DNA of 64,000 bases from Fimbriosthenelais zetlandica (lineage: Eukaryota): contig OZ365112.1 of assembly GCA_977030845.1 (NCBI GenBank), positions 17,980,001 through 18,044,000 of the forward strand, read 5' to 3'. The first letter of the stretch is position 1; each line of letters starts with the position of its first letter. Shown here one piece after another: positions 12,482 through 23,500 of the stretch. Under the pieces are notes generated by a model. It was not told where the DNA came from and made no database searches. It saw only the letters and a list, made by a program, of their open reading frames with translations. Position numbers and translations under genes: made by a program.

Positions 12482-15400
12482 ATGGATGTCCGGGCTGTTC
12501 TAGCATTTTTGGCTGTTTTGGTTGCCATAGTAACAACAGAATCTACAGGGAAAGGTAAGAGTGGGTGTAGATAATATTAAATTATGTATTGCTGCAATTA
12601 GGACATTGAATGTCGTCATTGTTGAGGATTTACCTTGTATACTCATGTGAAAGCAATGCCTCATACATGATAGCGTATGATGGCCTCCTGTTGAGGAATA
12701 CACCACCATTCACAGTTCCTGTGATGTTCATCTCTTTGTACGCATATGTCTATATGTTGTCTTCTGTGCAACAGATATTTGTGCAAGTGTTCTAGAACAT
12801 AATCAACAACACGCCCCACATCCTGAGCAGAGAGACTTGTAGATGGAACTGCCATTTCATTGTGCCTTCCTCGGGTGGACTATTTGAAACTAGTTATTCA
12901 TAAGACATATATGATTTCCTTACCAACGAGGTCTTATGAATCAAAGTATTGAAGGTTCCCTTGTTTAATTTCAATGGTAAAGAAATGAAAGAGATGGGTC
13001 CATTGAGAGACAGGCCTGTTGTGTACACTTCAAGAACAATTTGTTACGTTTTACAGAAACGAATATAATGAGTCAGTATCTAAATGTTAAAGAAAGTGTC
13101 ATATTTCACATTGCCTGCTCCATTGCCAGTGTTCATATAAAATTTCCCTGGAGAATTTCAACATGTAGCTTGATGTTTTGAATTGGCATCATTATTTCTA
13201 TGATTGATTCTGTTAGAGTCTCAGATACGTATCATATGAAATGGACCGCTCTTGAATGCATAATCTCGGTTGGTCACAGGGCACAGTGTAGCCGTTTTAG
13301 GTCACTCTCATGTAGTAATTTTAACCCACCGGAAGTGGCTTGAAACCAGACAGGGGAGTGTCCATAACCTCGGATGATATAATTCTTGATCGTCCTCTAA
13401 ACCGGAAGTGTCTATAGTGATGCGCATGGCCTAATACAAGTAGGAAGTGTGACTTGAACCTAGGATGTTATCACCCTGAATCTAGGACTAGGGCACTCAA
13501 GAGTATTGCCAACCTAGAATGAGATGACTCTAGTGGGAAAACGGCGGTGATTTGATCCTACTACAACGACACAACTGTCATGGCGAGAAAGATTTATATT
13601 AAAGTCAAAAGCGATAATATTGAAAGAAGAGGTTATGCAGTGCTCGTTAGGTGACGATTGCTCGTCTGGATTCTCTCTCTGGGATCCCAGAAGAAACTCC
13701 TACCTGTGCATGTCACGCTATCAATGCCACGTGATTGAATGAGACATAATCGTGAGACAATGGCGCAGGGTTTGCGCTCTGACTACTTTTATCTGGTGAT
13801 TAGTGTACCGTTTTTTGGCGGTTCCTACTCACTATGGAGAGTAAGAAGGGGGAGGGCACAGTCAAGGAAGGGCTCAGTGTCGAAATAAGTGGAATAGGAA
13901 GAATGAGGAAATCTTAGAGGGTTTGCAGTATAGATTTGCGCCGTCTGTGCACATCTAAGCATTTGGGCCTGATTGCAGATTCTCCATGCAATAGCCATGA
14001 ATGTCCTTTTGTTGTGTAATTGAAAGGCTTCAGATCGAGTTACATTCCTGTCTTGTAAAGAACAGATGAGAAAGGTATTGATCGATGACCAGAAAGGAAG
14101 GTACAATACTAACTTGAAGTATCATCAATTAATCGATCCAAGACCTATATATCCATGACCCTCTCATCTGACTATGTTGCCAATATACCTTTGGACTATG
14201 TTGGTTTGTAATGAGAAGTAATTTGAATTCCCTTAAGGGCACCCAGCCATTGTTGACTTACTGCGCATTATTGACAACATGCCCCTTAATTTTCTCGAAA
14301 TATTGTAAGTTTTGCTGCAAAATAGGAAAGGGCAGGGTAGTACAAATGGATGTCCAAATTGCCTGTAAGGTAAAATGTTGATTTTTCCACTGAATATCGC
14401 ATGGAGCACTCATCCAAGGCTTATGTAATCTACTTCAGTGTAATTCTCTATGGCTGTAGAGCTGTGGTCAACATTGGCTGCCTCAAGTGCTTAATGCCAT
14501 GTGGAGTGTTTGCTTAGGTAGTAGATGTTTCCCCTCCTTTATTCTATGTAAAGTTTTGGCTGGATAACTCTTGACACCGCAATATTTTCATAAAATCATC
14601 TATTGTTTTAAAGATTTTATATTGGAATTATATATTTTTAGAGTGTTTTTAAAAAATGTTTAGAACTCTGTTAACATTTAAAAGCCCTGTGATTTCAATT
14701 AAGTCAATAGTATTGAATTTAGCCATCACCACGAACAGCAAGTCACAGAATTTGTTTCCTTTTCCTATCCCCTGGCATTTCGTTTAGTCCTATATGGGTA
14801 ATTACTGGTGGTTTCTGTGTACCACAACCCCAACTACTGTTTGTCCTCAATCCACACAAAGCCTGGATCCAATACAGAGTAGTATATACCCAGTCGCTAT
14901 CAGTTGGCTGTCGGGCGTGCTATACGGCCCCCGGAAACTAGGGACCTTGTGTCTATCTCACCACCAAATGGGAGGAACATTTCCACCAAGCCATAACACT
15001 GACCATCCCTTGTCTAACACACATCCAGGGGCAGCCACTTAGGAACTAGGTGCTGACAGAAATGCTTCCTCTCCCACTCCTGCCACTCTTGTTTTGCCTA
15101 TACACAGAATTACATTTCTGTTTTGGAGCGATACTATTGGTAAATTTGTCCACTCAGCAATTTGCCTCCAGCCACATTGGATAAAAGGAACTTGAGGAAA
15201 GTCCCCATAATGATTCTTCATGTAAAGCCATGAGGCTAGGTTTCGACCCGACAGCCTTTCCCCTAAAGGGAATTACTCCCAAATCTTGAATGTGGAACTT
15301 AATTTATTTGCCCATTTCTGCTAATGTCAATTCATTAAACCAAAGGATTGTATTGGCCTACTCCATTATTTTAATTCTAATGCATTCCAAGTTTAGCAGA

Positions 15401-18400
15401 TCTTCCCCTTTTTGCCATAATGTATTATGGTAATCTTTCATTCAGCTGAAATAAAGCTCATCTTTAATACGACCACCTTTGAGACAAAAGTGGTCTATGG
15501 GGGAAGCGGCCGATTCAGGGGTATTTTTAAGAAGGGAATTTTGACCGGAAACAAATATGGTCATGAGCCATGTCTTTCTAGGGCATTGGTCGCCTGAGAG
15601 GGGTGGTCGGATTGCGGGAGCATTGTCTTTCCTCAGGATAGTTTTTGTTCAGGATTAGCGTCATTTCAGACTTCGATCCCACATTATCGGTGGACAGTTG
15701 AAACGTGGATCGTCCTTGGATGTTAAGGTACACTGGGGTGTTGTTCAAGAGTTCCTTTGTTATCTCCATACACTCGCATGTGTCTTGGGAATGCATGGAA
15801 CTGAGCTCAGATCATGAAACAAGAGGAACTGCACACGTAGCTTCTGGTGGCGATAAAAATACAGTGGGTATGCCAGTCTCCAATTATTGGCTTTATGATG
15901 TTGAGTGCAGGGGGACCCGTACGTGGTTCTGAAGGTAGAGTTTGTTACTGGGAGAGGGATATATGATATCTATTCTGCCAGGAGAGCGGACGGAACATTG
16001 TGTCCTTCAAGATGATATGATGATTGTGCCTTATAGGACAAAGCTTTGTAACGAGTTGATTTACTTTGTTGACCGCTAATCACGTCTAACATCTATATTC
16101 ATTATAGACATATATGATAGCCATATCGTTTCTATAGTTGCCATGATAAGATTTGTATTGTTGTAAGGCTTGTTGTCAGTTATTTTTCTACAGGTACATT
16201 TTTTACATTTCCTTGGTAAAGCTGAGATGAGAAGTTGAGTAGGCCTATACAACTACAGTATACAACACAATAATCATGGTTTCTAAATACATTATAAACA
16301 CAGAGTATTACATTACAATGACTAGCATATTTTTAGCTGACATATGTTTCTTCTTAAATAAATATTGTATATGTGACATTCACTTTTCACCCTTTTCCAA
16401 AGAAGGACATACTTCGTGGATTGCAGGAAACTAAGATGTAGCTTGACATTTGACTGGGACCTGTTTTGCCAGGATAGAAAGTGGAGGCTGACGTACAGGT
16501 CTTGGATTAGGCCTGTTATATCCACCGATATGATACCCTCTCCTGCTGACCTTTGGTGGTATTGAGGACCTATTATATTGGCCTCTGCTCTCTCCTTCCT
16601 CTCAGTAGGAAACAGTTGGCGAGTCGAGAGCTACAGTAAAAACCATCTGCCCTGAAGCTGTGCCAGAAAATGCATGAGTAAATTAATGCCAGTTATAAGA
16701 TCTTATAGGAGAAGAAGCTGTGAGTGAGGGTATAGGTGGGGTTAAATAGGTTGTTGCGAAGCCTTAATTATGGGTTTTGTCCCCGTTTTTGCTCCTTGTA
16801 TAAGCCTTGTCTTTGCTACTTTCCTATACTCAACGTCTATTAACTCTTGCAAGTTAGAACCCTGCTTAATTTGTATAGGAAAAACCGATATTATCCCGAG
16901 AACATTGCCTATTAGTTAATCGGGCCTCTTGGGAATATTTATGATGTTGTAAGGGGCCGTGAACCGCAGGGGCCATATAGTGTGGGCCCCTTATAACACT
17001 ATATAGTCTAGAACACCCAAAACCCTATAATTATGATAAAATTAACATATATAAATAAACTATTTTGGGTCTAAGTCTAAATCTATCCTGGAAAAGCTCT
17101 TGTATTCTGCGTGGAATATATATCAGGGAAGGCCTTACTTCCATTGGGTGGATGGAGGGAGATTTATTGCGTTTTTAGTAACATGTTTTTAACTCTGTAT
17201 AGAAGGCTTTAATTTAGATATTACTTGATAAATGCACCCCATAAACTCTCAGCAGTGGGTCTTTAAAAGGATAATCAAGAATTATCATTATTAGGCCTTC
17301 CGGGCATGAACATTGTACGGTTGTTTTAGCAAAACAGCGGGAAGTCTCAAAAAAACATCCAGGATCCGCCTCTGCCATGTGAGGCTCTGCAAATTCAGCG
17401 TGACAGGAAAATTGCTAGATTTATGTTTCACTCTTGATGGGTTCAAGAGAGACACTTTGTATTAAAGGAGATCAAAGGGAGGATTTCCCTTCTAGAGGGG
17501 GCGAGTGTTTTTGAGCCGTATATATCCGTTGGGTGTGTCAAACTAAAACAAATAATTGTCCACCATTACCATGCCAAGATTGTTAGTTAATTAAAAGCTA
17601 GTTTGAATCATCTAATTACCATCCACTTGAGTAATAGCAGCTTTAACAGTTATTAATTTAGTCAGCATGATAATTCCTATAAATTATAGCAATAATTAAT
17701 TTTGGTTCATATAGTGTTGACATGCGAACCTCGTGCTTAAATGGCTCCCAATTTTACCTCTCATATCAAATTATTATTTGCATGTATTATGTCATATGGT
17801 TGTTATAATACATTCTTTTTGCCCTTTGTTGTTAGACTGCCCCAATGTGGACCTTCTTCATTACCACCACTGCCTGATATTTTACCTTTTAATTAAGGAT
17901 TTCCATAGATTTGATCCTTTCCTATAAGGAAACATAAAAAGTTTGATATATCGAAACTGTTGTCATGGAAACGTCTTGAATTATCCACAACTGACAGAGA
18001 CATTGTTTGGCAATGGTTGCCCCAGTCTTTGCCCCAAACAAATCACTGAAGACAAGAGGAAGTCTTAATGTTTGATAGACCGGATATAGTTTCACTAAGT
18101 GGCACATTTCTTGCGGGCAATGCCTTTTGGTGTCTTGGTTATAATCAGCTGCATGGGCGTTTGTTCATGGCGTCATTCTGTGGTTCCATCCCACCCTCTA
18201 ACATGCATTCTACCGGCCTAAGTTGGCAGATCTGGATTTGACTATAATGAAGGAAAGGGTGCACTGCTGCCATTTGAAGCGCGTGGGAAATGTTATTAGC
18301 CAATTCCGGCACGATTACGGACACAATAAGAACTAATGATGAAGGTAGAAGAGTGACAATGCAACTCTGAATTACAAGGGCCTTTTATGCTCCCATCGCG

Positions 18401-21400
18401 TTTATTAGTGAGGAAAGAGGATTAGTTATCAATTCCATTTTTGACTTGGGATTCTCCTTGTCCAGATTGAGTTCAATTCCTTTCTAAAGTTGCCTGTTAT
18501 TGGCGTGGGATCACCGAGCCTCATAAGGCCTGAACTGCAATTTTGAAGTTGCAGGAATAAATGGTGTCTTCAGTTGAAATACTGACCCTGATTTTCCGCA
18601 GTTAACTGAATATTGTTTATTTCTATCGATTTATGATTTTGGTTTTTCAATCCTTAAATGAAAATTTGAAGTGTCATTTTGCGACAGGATTATTTCCAAA
18701 TACATGCATCAAGAAAAACAAAACAAAAAGGGGAATCACCATTGGGGAGGGAGCAGGTGCAAAAAGGAATTATTTTGCAGATAGAAATGCATTGTCTTGA
18801 TTAAAGCCAATGTTTGCCTAAGAAACGAGCAGGACAAGAACTCTAATTGGCAGTAATCACCTTGGTGTGCATTCTAAATTAATTGGAAAAGTAAACAAAA
18901 TTCTGCTGCTAAAAATTGTCCTCTCACTTGTGGGTGTCACAGAGAATTTAGAAATACCTACCTCTTGACCAGATGCCACAATGCCTTATGGAATTCTTTA
19001 AGAAAAAGCAAATACCTGTTCATAATTGTCTGCCAAGGCAGGCAACTGGACGGCCATAAAACAGAGGTAATTTGAAATTCCCATGGCCCACCTTTCATGA
19101 TTTGCGCTGTGACGCCAGTTTTGGAAGTGGGACTGTGGAGGCGGCAGAAGAAGGCATAAAAACGATGGACAACGTCACAAGGAAGTATTCTATTAGTTTA
19201 TTGGATAATATGTCCAAGAAACTTGATAAAAGTCTTCCAGGCACCAGTGTAGGCTACTGACAGCTCCAGTGAAACTATGGGAATAAACTGATAAGCCTTA
19301 TCAGAGACCTGCAGGTGATGATCACATCATTAATACGCTGCTATTAATAGCAGAGGTCTCGCCTTCACGACCGGAAGTATGGCAGACTGTCAGAACAGGG
19401 AGAGTCCGATACTATTATTTTAGTATACCAGACCGAGTGGATAAAATGATATACCCAATTTAGAGATAAGATATGATCATATTCATCATATTCCTTTCTT
19501 AGCCTATTTATACTCTTGGGTTGTATATATAGAGTTGTTTCTTTTCGACGGGGATGGTTTAATTAAAGGCAGTAGATATATATAAGTAGATAGATATAAG
19601 TATAAAGTAGATATATATATAGGAATAGATGGTTGGCTGGTTGGTTGGTTGGTTGGTCACTTTATTTGATGAAATAGGATGATGTTTATGGTAATATAGA
19701 AAAGGCTTGATAATCATATTTTATAGCATCCAATGTTGGGGACTACTAGAAATAAGTCCCTAATCACTTGCTTTGGCTACTCACCTCCCATTTTACTTGC
19801 CATGGGCTTTCTAGTCATATTTGGAGGACCTCTAATGCCTTTAAGAAGCTTCTTCTATTCCCTTGACTGCCTTCGGTCAGTGAAGGGCAAGGCACCAGAA
19901 TACCACCCTCCTGCACTTACTACAGCTTTTGTAGACTTAAAGGAGCTAGCTGTGACATGGTCCTCCCCAGAGATATTAGTTATAACAACTTAACAATAAA
20001 AGAACATAAATAAGGCCGGGTTATCTACCACCACCAGACCTAGCAAGTCACCGCGGAGCTTGCCCAAGCATGGAGTGCAGATCAAACTTTTAAAAGACGA
20101 ACAAAGATGGTGGCATTCATCGGAATGATTCGGACATGACGTGGTAAAAACTGTTGTGGTGTGTCCCATATGAGATTGACAATATTTGAGTTCAGCCACC
20201 CTATAATACCAGAAGCATTATGTAAAAAAAAAATGTCATAAAAATTATATACCTCTTATAAATGATCCAGGAAGCAGCTGCTGACCTGTATAAGAGTAAT
20301 ACGCTGCCAGAACGAACATTACATTGGACTTGTTCAGTATTTGTCAAGTGGACATTTTAACCATAACTCTATATCTGTTTTCAATTTTCTCTTCGATTAT
20401 GAACTTACGAAGCTTGAAAAATTACCTTATCAATCTGTACCTTAGAAACCTAATAGGCTATTACGAATTCCCCATTATAACAGTTTTATATGAGCGGACC
20501 TTTTACCACCCTTATCCATCCGTCTCATTCTTATTGAAATCCGGAAAGGAGTGTCAATTTACCAGTTCATTAATTTTTTTATATTTTAGAACAACGCTCA
20601 GACACAGCGCCTATATAGGCAGGTTCATACAACTGTGCTCAGTGTATTTTTATTATTACATACAAAAATGGAACTTCTGACATACTCGTGTCTTAAGCTA
20701 AAATCCCTGTAGGAGCGAGACCTCATTAGGGTACATCAAGTACCAGTATAATGGAATTTAGTGCAAAAAATTCAACTTCCTATAACTCTATTAAGAGTGA
20801 TCCAAGTAGAGGAACTCTTGATGTCAGGTATTGCTCATCATATATGTAGCTACAGATCTCTGGTTTTTGATCATCTAATCTAGGGTGTGTTAATATTACT
20901 GCCATGGGGTCTCTTGTGGTAATCAAGTTGTTTAACCAGGTGACTGGATTGCCTTTTCAGTACGTATTATAAATGCAGCTGATTCAGTCATATCACTCTG
21001 ATGATGTACCCAAAATAAGTTGTGGTCATTTTCTGGTGGTAGCAGCCATTGTCATTGCCATATCATATTTCTGCCTGTTGAATAAAAATGATATTGGGAA
21101 TGGAATGATAACCAATCTAGGCAGGTTCAGCAATAGTAGTTGTCAAAGCATCTGTCACAAAAGCAGATTCCATCTGGCTTTTCTTGAAAATGAATCATTG
21201 ACCGTTTTTACATCATTTTTGTCATTGCGTTTCTTTTTCATCTGATTTTCATCTTTTCATTTCCAGGGGACCAAGAAGCTGCAGATGTAGATGAATCTTC
21301 TTTAGACAAACGTCCTAGTTTGATGCGATATGGCAGGGGAGGACTCTTACGGTATGGCCGCGGTGGTCTCCTACGTTACGGAAAACGTGGCGGTCTAATG

Positions 21401-21811
21401 AGGTATGGACGTGGCAGCATATTCCGGTACGGCAAGCGCTCTGATGACATACAGTCTGACGATGATGAATTTGACTCCACTAAGAGGTTGTTCCGGTGGG
21501 GAAAGAGAGATGACGAAGGTGACTTCAAACGCTTGTTCCGGTGGGGTAAGCGAAGTGGAGAGGAAATGGCTGACGAAGAACTAGCAGAAGAGAAGCGCCG
21601 ACTGATGCGATATGGAAAACGCAGTGATGACGAGGATGACCTAGACAATTACACAGCTGAGAAGAGGATTTTCCGATACGGCAAGCGCGCTCATGACGAC
21701 GAGGCGTTGGAGGAAATCAAGCGGCGGTTGATGCGTTATGGTCGGGACACCCGCGCGCCACAGAAGGGGCCCCATGTACCATTCAGATTTGGAGAAGAGG
21801 AGGAGGAATAA
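12482..21811 (+). CDS. RYamide/LFRWamide-type multi-peptide neuropeptide precursor, 205 aa, join(12482..12554,21267..21811)
   Basis: Exon 12476-12554 (acceptor ttttcgtttcag, donor AAG|GTAAGA, phase 1) encodes the signal peptide MDVRAVLAFLAVLVAIVTTESTGK. It joins in phase to the exon after catttccag at 21267: GDQEAADVDESSLDKR-PSLMRYG-R-GGLLRYG-R-GGLLRYG-KR-GGLMRYG-R-GSIFRYG-KR...LFRWG x2...LMRYG x2, IFRYG...APQKGPHVPFRFGEEEEE*. Gly amide donors, mono/dibasic sites and acidic spacers are typical of prohormones. Confidence 0.93.
14250..14620 (+). mobile_element. Decayed DIRS/Ngaro (tyrosine-recombinase retrotransposon) RT fragment
   Basis: GKGRVVQMDVQIA followed by IYFSVILYGCRA resembles Ngaro RT GKG..MAK.D...A and YY.D..LPFG.RS; interrupted. 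Confidence 0.35.
18200..19260 (+). mobile_element. Second DIRS/Ngaro-like relic (RT start and possible tyrosine recombinase end)
   Basis: GKGALLPFEARGKCY*PIP at ~18252; TFHDLR...GSGTVEAAEEGI and a shifted-frame RW at ~19090-19170 resemble the YR H-x-x-R...AA..G...GRW motif. Confidence 0.3.
19630..19658. repeat. (GGTT)n microsatellite next to a short AT-rich repeat
   Basis: tggttggctggttggttggttggttggtc seen directly. Confidence 0.8.
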
Positions 21812-23149
21812 TAATAATAACACCTACAGAGTTAAGTGACATTAAATTGAGTGACTCTCGCGGAATCTCGCTGTCATGAGAGATGGCCTGGATCCCTCCC
21901 CGACAAAGGCCAAGGATTCGCCAGCCTCTCACTGACGTCACTTTATAGATTACTTTGGGGGATAAAAAAGTCAAAAATCAAATAACTGTAAGAAGGTACA
22001 GAACTCATTGAAAATTAGGATTTCTTTTTGATGGGAGACAACATCCTCGTTTTCAAGAGTCGAGCAATGTGATTGTAACATGTACAAATCCCGATAGAAT
22101 CTTGTTTTGTCGTAGACATTTTTGGGCTTACACCTATACCTTCTTTTTATAATGACGCAAAAAGATCCAAACGAAAATCATTTTGTCACGATGGTCACCA
22201 TTCAGTTGTTACTATGGCAATGCTATTACAAGACAATTATCGTGAACACATTTGAGTTATTGTCATTATATTTGTATTAGTTTCAATACCACATCAATGT
22301 ATCTGCCAATGATGTAAGGAGTACGATTATTATTGTACATTATATCACATAAAATGAGTGCAGCATCTCTAGTGTCCTATCACTGAACCTGCAACGTACC
22401 ATGAATCCACTGTACAGACCCGTGATATACCTACTTATTTGTACATGCTCTCTGTAAGTGTCCATTATACCAATGAGAAGTTAACATATAAAGTGATCGC
22501 TATTTTATGTAATTTTTCGTTTCCGATGACTTCTTGACATTATTTCGCAGATGGCGAAAGACACAGGAGACAGATGAACGTCATTACCTATAAATAATAC
22601 GATAAATGGTACGATAAATAAGATGCTTTTAGCTAGAAAATGTGCAACACAACCCGAATACATGAGATAAGTTTACTCTGGATGGCTTAAATGGTGATTA
22701 CATTAAACTTCATTTGCATCTGTTAATTGATACTAATTCCACAGATAATTCTCCTTAACACATAAAAGATTTTCTTCTTGATTCCTAACTTGGGTATCCA
22801 AATGAAGTAGGTATGGGCTATGCACACTATATATTGAAGCATGCAGACATTGTCCTTGTACGGTTTTAAGTGTACCAATTCCCCCTCCAACTTGACACCC
22901 TTGACAGTGCTCCCTACTTAAGGATCTTATGAATATGCCCATCTCTGAATACAAAGTACTCTATATTGATTGTCGTTTAAACCCCCTGTGAAATCTGTAA
23001 TACGGTCTAACTAGTGAACAGCAGTGGTCGGACCTGGCTCGCCTCACAACGAAATGTATGACACCTTTATAGATAAGATGGACATGGGGATTTAAGAACA
23101 TAACAGAATGTGTTACCTTATCCTTTCTAATTTTTCAAAACAGAAATGT

Positions 23150-23500
23150 ACTAGTCTAGTCGGAGGTATAGTGAAACTTAAATTGTTTACCCAACTGTGA
23201 TGGCGAAAATGAATTGTAAGAAAAGGAAAAGAAAATCATCAACAGGTATATAGGAGCATGACACAGTATGCGAACCCTGTTCACTGTCTGCAATCTCTCC
23301 ACGATTTCATTCGTCCTGCTGGTCACACTGAATGGATTTTCAGATTTGAAGAATCCAAATATTTTAGGCGATCGAGGTGTAAAAGTGTGTTGGCAATTGA
23401 TGCAATTAACTTTGTCAGAATCCATTTGAATGGAGCGCATTTGCATTAGTGGCAAGTACCGTTATCCCAAAGGATGATACTTTTCTGTTCGTAATTTAAT
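23150..23500 (-). mobile_element. Decayed Gypsy-like integrase core fragment
   Basis: ORF 23156-23455 reads QHTFTPRSPKIF...SVTSRTNEIVERLQTV, matching the integrase QFTS..F......SNG.VER.N motif. Confidence 0.4.

Noticed and set aside
15235-15265. B-box-like GGTTTCGACCCG suggesting a tRNA or SINE
   Set aside because: No A-box or cloverleaf around it.
20973-21245. ORF with a hydrophobic stretch as the neuropeptide signal exon
   Set aside because: It ends in a stop before the acceptor with no suitable donor; exon 12476-12554 has a better signal peptide, strong splice sites and the right phase.
21376-21648. 90-aa Ser/Arg-rich ORF antisense to the neuropeptide exon
   Set aside because: Shadow ORF of the repetitive acidic coding strand; no splice or start context.
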